Shown here piece after piece: positions 19,653 through 28,253 of a stretch of 49,846 nucleotides of DNA (within the stretch, counting starts at the first letter, position 1; each line of letters begins with the position of its first letter). The notes beneath the pieces are model-generated. The model was not told where the DNA came from, searched no databases, and worked only from the letters and a program-made list of their open reading frames with translations. The stretch comes from Holophagaceae bacterium (GTDB lineage: Bacteria; Acidobacteriota; Holophagae; Holophagales; Holophagaceae), in assembly GCA_027451045.1 (NCBI GenBank), contig DAIDKC010000073.1:1-49846 (forward strand), in the 5' to 3' direction. A program made the translations under genes and the position numbers.

Positions 19653-20138
19653 TCAGCGGCCCTTGCCGCCCCGGGTGCGGGTCCCGGTCTGCTGCCGGGT
19701 GGTGCTGGGAGTCTGGCTGGAGCTGCCGTCACGCTGGCGCAGCTGGTGCCGCGTGCGGGACTGCTCCTGGGTGCGGGTCTGGGCCTGGCTGCCCGACTTG
19801 GACTGGTTCCGGGTCTGGGCCTGGTTCCGGGTCTGGCTCTGATTCCGGGTCTGGCTCTGGCTCTGGCTCTGGCTCCGGGCCTGGTCGCGGGACTGGCTGC
19901 GGGTCCGGTCCTGGGTCCGGTCCTGGGTCCGGTCCTGGGTCTGATCCTTGGTCTGATCCTTGATCCGGTCCTGGTCCTTCAGCCGGTCCTGGTCCTTGAG
20001 CTGGTCATGGTCCTTCAGGCGGTCCTGGTCCCGGGTCTGATCCTGGGTCCGGTCCTGGATCTGGTAGGCCGCATGGCCCGCAAGAGGGAGGAAGCATGCC
20101 GCACTGAGGGCTGCGGCAAGCCCGATCGAGGTCTTCAT
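19653..20138 (-). CDS. Secreted low-complexity Q/D/R/T-repeat protein
   Basis: GGAGG RBS; signal peptide MKTSIGLAAALSAACFLPLAGHA; QDRT, QDRLKD and TRNQAQ repeats. Confidence 0.75.
   Translation of the reverse strand: MKTSIGLAAALSAACFLPLAGHAAYQIQDRTQDQTRDQDRLKDHDQLKDQDRLKDQDRIKDQTKDQTQDRTQDRTQDRTRSQSRDQARSQSQSQSQTRNQSQTRNQAQTRNQSKSGSQAQTRTQEQSRTRHQLRQRDGSSSQTPSTTRQQTGTRTRGGKGR
19805..20062. repeat. Intragenic tandem repeats with 6-, 12- and 18-bp periods
   Basis: GGGTCCGGTCCT x3 exact at 19901-19936 plus degenerate copies; CTCTGG runs; 18-bp CCGGGTCTGG.. units. Confidence 0.85.
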
Positions 20139-20240
20139 AGGTGCCTCCGGGTTGGGGTGCGGATCCTTCCGCACATCCGATGAGAGGCGAACCCCCGGGT
20201 GCGGGTTGAGAAGTTTTCATTGGATTTAAATATCATGTAT

Positions 20241-22136
20241 TCATGATTTTACGTGTGACTGAGACCCTCTCCACATCTCGATATTCCGGCAGGCCGCGGC
20301 GCCCACGGCCGCTTGCAGGGCCCCTGGATCCGCTTCCCGCACCCGGGCCACGCTGCCGAAGGCCTGGAGCAGCTTTTTCGCGGTGACGGGGCCGATGCCG
20401 GGGATCTGGGTGAGCTCGGTTTGGAGCGTGCGCTTGGCGCGCAGGGCGCGGTGGTAGGTGATGGCGAAGCGGTGGGCTTCGTCGCGAATGCGCTGCAGGA
20501 GCTGGAGCACGGGCGAGGATTTCGGAATGCGCAGCGGTTCGCTCGATCCGGGTCGGAAGACCAGCTCCTCTTTCTTGGCCAGGGAACCGAGTTCCAGTTG
20601 TTCCAGCCCGAGGGCCTGCAGCGCGGCCTCGGCGGCGTGCAGCTGGCCCAGGCCGCCGTCGATGAGCACCAGGTCGGGGAAGTCCTGGCCCTCGTCACTC
20701 GGCCCCTCCTGGGCCTCGCCCGTGGGGCGGTCCTCCGGACCGTGGCGCTCCGCTCCTGCTCCGCGCTCCTTGAGCCGCTTGTAGCGTCGCGTGACGGCCT
20801 CGAACATGTTGGCGAAGTCGTCGTTCTGCTCGTTGGTCATCTTGAAGCGACGGTAGCGGGCCTTGTCCGGCGCGCCCTCGCTGAACACCACGCAGCTGGC
20901 CACCACCTCGCGGCCCTGGCCGTGGCTGATGTCGAAGCACTCGATGCGGCGGGGCAGGTGGCTGAGCCCCAGGAAGGCCTGCAGGCCCTCCAGCACGGCC
21001 TCGCTGAGCCGCGCCGGCTCGAACTTCCGCTCCAGGGCCAGCCGCGCGTTCTCCTGGGCCATGGCGAGGAGGTCCACCTTCTCGCCCTTCTTCGGCACGT
21101 GGATCTGGGGCCGGCTGCCGCGCATGCCGCCGAGCCAGTCGCGGAGCAATTCGGCGTCGTCGGGCTCCACCTCCACCAGGATGCGGCCGGGCACGGGATC
21201 GGCGCTGTAGACGCGCTGGAGCACCTCCGCCAGCACCGCGCCGTCGAAGGCCTCCACGTCGTCCAGCACGTGCTCCTGGCGGCCCATCATGCGTCCGTCG
21301 CGAAGCATGAGGCGGTGGACGCAGGCCCGGCCGTCCAGCACGGCGCTGCCGTAGACGTCGAGATCCTCCAGGTTGGGGCTGGCGGCCTTCTGGCGCGTGA
21401 ACCAGGCGTCCACCTGCTGGAGCGCGTCGCGGTACTGGGCCGCCCGCTCGAAGGCCGCCGCCTCGGCCGCCTGCCACATGGCAGCCTCCAGCCGCGCCTT
21501 CAGCTCGTCCCGCTTGCCCTCCAGGAAGAGCCGCGCCTCCTTGGCCTGCTCGCGGTAGACGGCCTGGTCCACGGCGGCGATGCAGGGCGCGGTGCACCGA
21601 TGCAGCTGGTATTTCAGGCAGGCCCGGCCCCGCTTGCCGTCAATCTCGATGTCGCAGTCGCGGATCTGGAAGAAGCGGTACACCAGCTCCGCCGTGCGGT
21701 AGGCCGTGCTCGCCGGGAAGAAGGGGCCGTAGTAGAGGCCGCCGTCCTTCCGGACCTTCCGGGTGACGAACACCTTCGGGAAGGCCTCCTTCCAGGTGAG
21801 CTTCACGTAGGGGTAGCTCTTGTCGTCGCGCAGCAGGATGTTGAAGGGCGGCAGGTGCTCGTTGATGAGGTTGTTCTCCAGCACCAGGGCTTCCAGTTCC
21901 GTCTCGCAGACGATGAACTCCAGGTCCCAGATGCGGGCCACCAGGCGGCGGGTCTTGGCGTCCAGCTGCCTGCTCTGGAAGTAGGACTTCACGCGGTTCC
22001 GCAGGACCTTGGCCTTGCCGATGTAGAGCAGGTTTCCCTTCTGGTCGCGGTAGAGGTAGCAGCCCGGTCGCGTGGGCAGATCCGCCAGCTTGCGGCGAAG
22101 GGCTTCCGAGCGGTCGAGATTGGTTCGGATGGGCAT
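20241..22136 (-). CDS. uvrC: Excinuclease ABC subunit C
   Basis: PGCYLY...YIGKAK.LR.RV.SYF (GIY-YIG), RIECFDISH, IDGG.GQL, RDEAHRFA, HhH motif. Confidence 0.98.
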   Translation of the reverse strand: MPIRTNLDRSEALRRKLADLPTRPGCYLYRDQKGNLLYIGKAKVLRNRVKSYFQSRQLDAKTRRLVARIWDLEFIVCETELEALVLENNLINEHLPPFNILLRDDKSYPYVKLTWKEAFPKVFVTRKVRKDGGLYYGPFFPASTAYRTAELVYRFFQIRDCDIEIDGKRGRACLKYQLHRCTAPCIAAVDQAVYREQAKEARLFLEGKRDELKARLEAAMWQAAEAAAFERAAQYRDALQQVDAWFTRQKAASPNLEDLDVYGSAVLDGRACVHRLMLRDGRMMGRQEHVLDDVEAFDGAVLAEVLQRVYSADPVPGRILVEVEPDDAELLRDWLGGMRGSRPQIHVPKKGEKVDLLAMAQENARLALERKFEPARLSEAVLEGLQAFLGLSHLPRRIECFDISHGQGREVVASCVVFSEGAPDKARYRRFKMTNEQNDDFANMFEAVTRRYKRLKERGAGAERHGPEDRPTGEAQEGPSDEGQDFPDLVLIDGGLGQLHAAEAALQALGLEQLELGSLAKKEELVFRPGSSEPLRIPKSSPVLQLLQRIRDEAHRFAITYHRALRAKRTLQTELTQIPGIGPVTAKKLLQAFGSVARVREADPGALQAAVGAAACRNIEMWRGSQSHVKS

Positions 22137-22221
22137 GGATTTCCCACAGACAAGGGCCCTGGACTGTTCCACTCTAGCGATCCGGGATGTTGTAGAAACA
22201 ACACTTTGTCGCTGGATTTGC

Positions 22222-22770
22222 ATGCCCCAGTTCGTCGCATTCTCGCCGACCGTGGAGATCTGGGGCGGGAGCCTGCTCGGCATGGTGGAGGGTCTCGTGC
22301 AGGGCGGCGTGCCGAGGGACGAGATCCTGGCCTTCCTGGCCCAGGGTGGGATCCTGGACCCGGACCCCGAGGGCTGGTACCCCCAGCAGGGCCTGCTCGA
22401 CACCCTTCGCAGCGCGGGGCTGCGTTTCGGCGCGGAGGTGCTCCGGGCGGCCGGACGGGCCATTCCTGTCCATTCGCGCTTCCCCCCGGAAGTGGACTGT
22501 CTGGAGCGGGCCCTGACGACCCTGGACCTGGCCTACCAGGTGAACCACCGGGGCGGCCGGATCGGGCACTACGTCGCCCGGCGGCTGGGCTCCCGCCGGA
22601 TGGAGCTCTTCTGCGACAACCCCTACGGCTGCGACCTGGACCTGGGGATCCTGGACACCCTCCTCGCGCGCCACCAGAAGCCGGGGGAAGCCTTCCGCGT
22701 GCATCACGCCCCCGGGACTTCCTGCCGGAAGGAGGGCCATCGGGCCTGTGTGTACCAGGTGGCATGGTGA
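22222..22770 (+). CDS. Hypothetical V4R/HNOB-like ligand-binding protein
   Basis: WYPQ...G..I...FPP...Y..NHRG..IG.Y...NPY.CD...G...CR..G...C.Y...W; family assignment by recall. Confidence 0.6.
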   Translation: MPQFVAFSPTVEIWGGSLLGMVEGLVQGGVPRDEILAFLAQGGILDPDPEGWYPQQGLLDTLRSAGLRFGAEVLRAAGRAIPVHSRFPPEVDCLERALTTLDLAYQVNHRGGRIGHYVARRLGSRRMELFCDNPYGCDLDLGILDTLLARHQKPGEAFRVHHAPGTSCRKEGHRACVYQVAW

Positions 22771-22857
22771 TCGTCATTGTCGCCCCGTACGGATGCGTGG
22801 GGGCGTCAGGCCGGGCATGACGACGAGCCCGGTCCGGCGACGCCGTACACTCGGGGC

Positions 22858-23481
22858 ATGCTGAAGCTCGAATCCTTCCCCGTCGGCCCCCTGGGCTGCA
22901 ACTGCTCCCTGCTATGGGATCCGGCCACGGGCCAGGGGGTGGTGGTGGATCCCGGCGGCGAGGGGCCGAGGATCCGCCGTCGCGTGGAGGCCCTGGGATT
23001 CAGGGTGGCCGCCCTGCTGCACACCCACGCCCATTTCGACCACGTGGGGGCCACCCGGGAACTCCAGGACCTCTGGCAGTGCCCGGCCTTCCTCCATGGG
23101 GACGATACCTTCCTCGTCGAGGCCCTGGCCCAGCAGACCGGGATGTTCGGCATGCCCGCCATCCCGCAGCCGGAGATGGCTGCGCTCCATGCGGGGGACC
23201 GCCACCTGGGACTGGCCACCCTCCACACGCCGGGCCATACCCCCGGCTCCTGCTGCTTCCACGGCGCCTTCGAGAAAGGCCAGGTGGTCCTGGCGGGGGA
23301 CACGCTGTTCCGCGGCGGCGTGGGCCGCACGGATCTCTGGGGCGGCAGCTGGGAGCACCTGGAGGCGAGCATCCGCCGGGAACTCTACGTCCTCGACAGG
23401 GCCACGCTGGTGATTCCCGGCCACGGGCCCGCCACCACGCTGGGCGAGGAGGCCGCCACCAATCCTTTCGTCCGGGCGTAG
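22858..23481 (+). CDS. MBL-fold metallo-hydrolase (YcbL/glyoxalase II-like)
   Basis: THAHFDH, HTPGHTPG, GDTLF, GRTDL, PGHG. Confidence 0.95.
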   Translation: MLKLESFPVGPLGCNCSLLWDPATGQGVVVDPGGEGPRIRRRVEALGFRVAALLHTHAHFDHVGATRELQDLWQCPAFLHGDDTFLVEALAQQTGMFGMPAIPQPEMAALHAGDRHLGLATLHTPGHTPGSCCFHGAFEKGQVVLAGDTLFRGGVGRTDLWGGSWEHLEASIRRELYVLDRATLVIPGHGPATTLGEEAATNPFVRA

Positions 23482-23509
23482 ACTGGGACCTTCCTTCCCC
23501 GGAGTCCCC

Positions 23510-24283
23510 ATGGATGCTGCCTTCGCCTCCCTCGGCTGTTTCGGTCCCATCGCCATTGTCGCGATCATCTGGGCCCTCGCCTGCATCAAGGTCATCAACC
23601 AGTACGAGCGGGCCGTGGTGTTCACCCTCGGCAAGGTGAACGAGGCGCCGCTCGGGCCGGGCCTGCGGTTCATCTGGCGGCCCTTCCAGAAGGCCGTCAT
23701 CGTGTCCCTGCGCACCGTGGTGCTGGACGTGCCCAGCCAGGACATCATCACCCGCGACAACGTGAGCCTGAAGGTGAGCGCCGTCGTCTACTTCCGGGTG
23801 ATGGATCCCATGCAGGCCATCGTGGGTGTGGAGAACTACTTCTACGCCACGAGCCAGATCGCCCAGACCACGCTCCGCAGCGTCCTGGGCGAGGTGACGC
23901 TGGACGAGCTGCTGGCGGACCGGGAGAAGCTGAGCCAGCGCCTCCAGGAGATCATAGACAAGTCCACCGAGCCCTGGGGCATCCAGGTGTCCAGCGTGGA
24001 GCTGAAGAGCGTGGACCTGCCCGAGCAGATCCAGCGCGCCATGGGCAAGCAGGCCGAGGCGGAGCGGGAGAAGCGGGCCAAGATCATCGCCGCCGAGGGC
24101 GAGCTGATGGCCAGCCAGCAGCTGCTGGAGGCCGCCAACAAGATCAGCGAGAACCCCACTGCCATCCAGATGCGCTACCTGCAGACCCTCGCCGAGATCT
24201 CCGTGGAGAAGAACAGCACCATCGTCTTCCCGCTGCCCATGGAGCTCATGAAGGCCTTCGAGAAGTTCAGCAGCACGAAGTAG
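23510..24283 (+). CDS. SPFH/stomatin-like (slipin) protein
   Basis: QYERAVVF.LG, ITRDNV, AQTTLRSVLG, QAEAEREKRAK, RYLQTL. Confidence 0.95.
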   Translation: MDAAFASLGCFGPIAIVAIIWALACIKVINQYERAVVFTLGKVNEAPLGPGLRFIWRPFQKAVIVSLRTVVLDVPSQDIITRDNVSLKVSAVVYFRVMDPMQAIVGVENYFYATSQIAQTTLRSVLGEVTLDELLADREKLSQRLQEIIDKSTEPWGIQVSSVELKSVDLPEQIQRAMGKQAEAEREKRAKIIAAEGELMASQQLLEAANKISENPTAIQMRYLQTLAEISVEKNSTIVFPLPMELMKAFEKFSSTK

Positions 24284-26234
24284 GCTTCCAGCCTCGCCAG
24301 GCCGCCGCCTCCGCCCGGGCGAGGGCGGCGGCGGTGCCGGGAGACGCGGCGCCGTAGGCTTCGGCATCCACCGCGTCCGCCAGGCGGAGGAGGGCCTCCC
24401 GGCGCTCCGGCCGGCGGTCCCCCAGGCGCAGGAGCCACGCTCGGGCCGTCTCCCCGGTCGCGGGAGGCAGGTGGCGCCGGAGCCTGGACCGCAGGGGCCG
24501 GAGGGCCTTCACCCGGTAGGGCGAGGTGGACGGGAGCGGCCAGGCCCGGCGGAGGCGCCAGGCGACCCCCAGTGCCGCGAGGACGGCGAGGGCAAGGACG
24601 ACCGCGCGGCGGGGGAGGTGCCAGCGCCAGGCCGCAGCCTGCCGCTGGAGCCACTCCAGGCCCGCCACCTGGTCGCGGCTGGAGAAGCGCACCACGTAGC
24701 GGTCCCAGCGGAAGGTGAGGGCGTCCAGCCAGCAGGCGGCCAGCCCCGGCAATGCCCCGCCTTCCGCCGACGTGGGCGGCGCCGGGGGGGTGGGATCGGC
24801 CGCATGCCAGGCCCCCTGGTCCCAGTACTCCACCCAGCTGTGGGCCTGGTCCTGGCTCACCCGGAAGTAGCCGCCTTCGGAGATCCAGGGGCCCAGGCGG
24901 TAGCCGTTCACCACCCGGGCCGGCACGCCCCGGACCCGGAGCATCAGGGCCATGGCCGAGGCGAAGTACTCGCAATGGCCCGCATGGGTGTGGTCCAGGA
25001 AATCCTCCAGGGGATTGGCCGCCCGCCCGCTGGGGTTGTCCAGGGTGTAGCGCCAGGTTCGGAGCTCGGTCTCCAGTCGCCGGGCGAGGGCCGGCGCGGG
25101 CAGGACGCCGGGGGCCAGCCTCAGGCTCCAGGCGCGGGCGGCCGCGTCCTCCGCCGGGACCGCCGTGAGCTCGGCCCACCGGCGCGGGCTCAGGCGGGGC
25201 TCGGGCAGCGGGGCCTGGGCGGGATCCCAGGCCACCTCCACTGGGAGGGTGCGGACCACGGGGAAGCGCCAGCGCAGGCTGCCGCCCCAGCCGCCCCTCA
25301 GGGGCACGGGCGGATCCGGGAGCGCCTGGAGGCCGTAGGGAAGGGGCAGGATGCCCCGGGGGCTGGGCTCGAAGAAGAACTCGGCCCGCAGGGCCCCGGG
25401 CGTGTCGGGTCCCGAGGGGAGGGCCTGGCGCGGCGTGTCCATGGACATCATCCAGCCCGTGCCGACGGCCCGTTCCAGGGTCACACCCCTCAGGAGGGCC
25501 AGGCTGGCGGCCCAGGCGGGATCGGAGGCCAGGGCCGCGCGAGGGGGGACGATGCGGAGGGCCACTTCCGGGTTGGGCTGGATGGGACCCGCCCCCGCCA
25601 GGTCCAGGCGGTCGCTGAGGCCCGCCTGACCGCCCGGCGCCCGGAGCCCGAGCAGGGCTGCAGGCCGCAGGCCGAGGCTGGCCCGGGGGAGAAGGACGAA
25701 GAAGGCCGCCCCGAAGCAGGCTGCGCCCAGGACCCATCCGGGGACATGGCGAAGCGGCGGGGGTGGGACGGGGCCCTTGCGGCGTCCCGCGGCCTCCCCC
25801 CAGCTCTGCTGGAGGAGCACGGCGGCCGCCGCCGCGAACCAGGCCAGGGCCCAGGCCAGGAAGGCCGGGCCCGAAGGGCCCATCGCGGAGGTCAGGAACA
25901 GCAGGAAGCCCATGAGCAGGAGCTGCCGCTGCTGGGGGCGCTCCCGGGGCAGGGCCAGCCGCAGGCCCGCCAACAGGAAGAGGGTGTGCACCGCGACGGT
26001 GAACACGCCGATACCGCTGGCCAGGTCCCCTAGGAAGAAGACCAGCGCCCCGGCCTCCAGCCAGCGCCGGAACGGCGCCAGGTCCCAGCGCCGGGCCTGC
26101 ACGAGGGCGCCCGCGGCGAGGGGAAGGGCCATGAGACCCGCTTCCAGGGGCGCATAGAGCCCCGTGGAGGCCACGGCCCCCCACGCCAGCCAGAGCGGGA
26201 GATGCTCCAGCCAGCGGGCCGGCTTCAGGGCCAT
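24267..26234 (-). CDS. Membrane transglutaminase-like protein (TgpA/DUF3488)
   Basis: Multi-TM N-terminus, FVLLPR, catalytic GHCEYFAS...AHSWVE...DPTP. Confidence 0.9.
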   Translation of the reverse strand: MALKPARWLEHLPLWLAWGAVASTGLYAPLEAGLMALPLAAGALVQARRWDLAPFRRWLEAGALVFFLGDLASGIGVFTVAVHTLFLLAGLRLALPRERPQQRQLLLMGFLLFLTSAMGPSGPAFLAWALAWFAAAAAVLLQQSWGEAAGRRKGPVPPPPLRHVPGWVLGAACFGAAFFVLLPRASLGLRPAALLGLRAPGGQAGLSDRLDLAGAGPIQPNPEVALRIVPPRAALASDPAWAASLALLRGVTLERAVGTGWMMSMDTPRQALPSGPDTPGALRAEFFFEPSPRGILPLPYGLQALPDPPVPLRGGWGGSLRWRFPVVRTLPVEVAWDPAQAPLPEPRLSPRRWAELTAVPAEDAAARAWSLRLAPGVLPAPALARRLETELRTWRYTLDNPSGRAANPLEDFLDHTHAGHCEYFASAMALMLRVRGVPARVVNGYRLGPWISEGGYFRVSQDQAHSWVEYWDQGAWHAADPTPPAPPTSAEGGALPGLAACWLDALTFRWDRYVVRFSSRDQVAGLEWLQRQAAAWRWHLPRRAVVLALAVLAALGVAWRLRRAWPLPSTSPYRVKALRPLRSRLRRHLPPATGETARAWLLRLGDRRPERREALLRLADAVDAEAYGAASPGTAAALARAEAAAWRGWKPTSCC

Positions 26235-27346
26235 ACCCAGCTCCCCAGCACGGCGGGCCGGGAGGCTCCCGTCACCTCCGGCAGGTTGCCCGGCAGGCCC
26301 AGGGCGCTCGCGGCCCCCAGCAGGGCCCAGCTCACGGCTTCCCGGGCGCCGGCGGGGAAGGTGGCGTCGTCCTCCAGGGGCAGGCCCAGGCGGCGCTCCA
26401 GCTCCTGCCAAAGCCTCCGGTGGCGCGCTCCGCCTCCGCTGACCAGGAGACGGGCACCCGCCGGCGGCCGGCCGAGCCGCCCCGCCTCCCGGGCCACAGC
26501 TTCCGCAGTGAAGGCGGCCAGGGTGGCCATCCGGTCCTCCAGCGGCAGCGCCTCGAGATCAGGGGCCTCCGCATCAAGCCAGGCCCTCCCGAACGTCTCC
26601 CGCCCGGTGGATTTGGGAGGTTCAAGGCGGAAGTAGGGGTGGTCCAGCCAGCGCGCGAGACGGGTCTCGGAGACTCGGCCCGAGGCCGCGGCCCCGCCGG
26701 GGTCGAAGGGACAGCCCAGCCAGCGTTCCGCGGCGAGGTCCAGCAGAGACATGGCGGGGCCCGCATCCCAGGCCCTCAGGTGCCGACCGTCCCAGGCGGT
26801 GAGGTTGGCGATGCCGCCCAGGTTGAGGGCCCACCAGGGATCGCTGCCGTGCAGCCAGCGTTCCGCCAGGGGGACGAGGGGTGCGCCCTGGCCCCCCAGG
26901 GCCATGTCCCGGCGCCGCAGGTCCCAGACCACGGGGCATCCCACGGCCTCCACCAGGACGTAGGGATCCGCCAGCTGGAGGGTGGCGCCCTCGGCCGGAT
27001 GGTGCTGGACTGTCTGCCCGTGCAGGGCCGCGAGGTCGGGCCGGAGTCCCAGGGAGGCGCCGAGGGCCCGGGCCGCAGCCGCGTGGTGGTCCCCGAGGCG
27101 GCGCTGGAGGATGCAGAGGGCTCCGGGATCCAGGGAGCCACCGGCGGCTGCCAGCACCTGCGCCCGCAGGGGAGCGGGGTAGGGCGAGGCCCGATGACCG
27201 AGCAGGCTAAGGAAGGGGCGCCCCTCCTGGAAGCGCCGGGGATCCACCTCCACCAGCGCGGCATCCACGCCGTCGGCGCTGGTGCCGGACATGAGCCCCA
27301 GCACGCGCCAGGGACGGTCCGCGGGGAGGGGCGGCAGGGGACGCAT
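26225..27346 (-). CDS. anmK: Anhydro-N-acetylmuramic acid kinase
   Basis: GLMSGTSADGVD, HGQT, DMALGGQGAPLVP, NLGGIAN, PPKSTGRE. Confidence 0.96.
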   Translation of the reverse strand: MRPLPPLPADRPWRVLGLMSGTSADGVDAALVEVDPRRFQEGRPFLSLLGHRASPYPAPLRAQVLAAAGGSLDPGALCILQRRLGDHHAAAARALGASLGLRPDLAALHGQTVQHHPAEGATLQLADPYVLVEAVGCPVVWDLRRRDMALGGQGAPLVPLAERWLHGSDPWWALNLGGIANLTAWDGRHLRAWDAGPAMSLLDLAAERWLGCPFDPGGAAASGRVSETRLARWLDHPYFRLEPPKSTGRETFGRAWLDAEAPDLEALPLEDRMATLAAFTAEAVAREAGRLGRPPAGARLLVSGGGARHRRLWQELERRLGLPLEDDATFPAGAREAVSWALLGAASALGLPGNLPEVTGASRPAVLGSWVWP

Positions 27347-27414
27347 GGGCTGATGATGGCAGCGTCGCCCCCCGGGGCGGAAAGCGGCTACCCTAGGTCG
27401 CCTGGGAGCCGATC

Positions 27415-27963
27415 ATGTTCTGGATCATCCTCGTCGCCGGCATCGTCCTCTACTTCATCCTGCGGGGGAGGCGGGACCGCCCGGAGCAGCTCGGAGCCGC
27501 CCACCGGCCCCTTTCCATCGCCCCGGTCGAGGCGCACAAGTTCCCGTGCCCCTATGCCAAGTGCCCGTCCTGCGGCGGCTCCGGCGACGGCATGAAGCAG
27601 GAGTGGGATGGCCTGCGCTCGGTGAAGTGGACCTGCGGCTACTGCGGCGCCCAGGCGGGCGTCCAGGAGCTGAAGGACGAGGAGCTTCCGCCCTCCGCTC
27701 GGCAGAGCCTGGGCCTGGATGCGCCTGCGGTGCCTCCGGGGATGCCGGTGCAGGGCGGCCTCGGCACGGGCGGCGTGGGCGACCTGCTCACCGGCATGAT
27801 GATCGGAAGCATGATGGGGGGGGGCTCCCAGGGCTCCAGCGGCGATGGCGGCTGGGGCGGCGGCGATGCGGGCGATTCCGGAAACGCCAGCGACTGGGGC
27901 GATTCCGGAGGTTCCGACTGGGGGGATTCCGGCGGCGGTGATTCCGGCGGCGGGGACTGGTAG
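27415..27963 (+). CDS. Membrane-anchored zinc-ribbon protein with Gly/Asp/Trp-rich tail
   Basis: N-terminal TM, CPSC...CGYC, C-terminal DWGDSGG repeats. Confidence 0.7.
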   Translation: MFWIILVAGIVLYFILRGRRDRPEQLGAAHRPLSIAPVEAHKFPCPYAKCPSCGGSGDGMKQEWDGLRSVKWTCGYCGAQAGVQELKDEELPPSARQSLGLDAPAVPPGMPVQGGLGTGGVGDLLTGMMIGSMMGGGSQGSSGDGGWGGGDAGDSGNASDWGDSGGSDWGDSGGGDSGGGDW

Positions 27964-27967
27964 GGCC

Positions 27968-28252
27968 CTACAGCACCTGGGGCACCAGGAAGTGGCCCCG
28001 GTCCTGGGCAGGGGCGTTGGCCAGGGCCTCGGCCTGCGTCAGCCCCGCCCGCGGCTCATCCTCCCGTCGGGGCAGCGGCTGGCCCGAGCCTGGCATCAGG
28101 GGCTCCACCTCCGCCAGGTCCAGCGCGTCCAGGCTGGCGGCGTGGGTGAGCATCTGCGCCATGGCTTGACGGAGCGGCTCGATCTCCGCCTCGGGCAGGT
28201 CCAGGCAGGCCAGCCGGGCGCAGCGCAGCACGTCTTCGCGGGTGACGTCCAT
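27968..28252 (-). CDS. gatC: Asp/Glu-tRNA amidotransferase subunit C
   Basis: V..ARLA.L, REDEP, ALANAP....HFLVPQVL. Confidence 0.93.
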   Translation of the reverse strand: MDVTREDVLRCARLACLDLPEAEIEPLRQAMAQMLTHAASLDALDLAEVEPLMPGSGQPLPRREDEPRAGLTQAEALANAPAQDRGHFLVPQVL

Positions 28253-28253
28253 G

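Noticed and set aside
19805-20062. Tandem repeats as a possible CRISPR array
   Set aside because: Periods are 6/12/18 bp and in frame within a CDS, with no unique spacers and no cas genes.
22771-22845. Short inverted repeats upstream of the MBL hydrolase as a riboswitch or ncRNA
   Set aside because: No recognisable family motif, and the gene appears leaderless.
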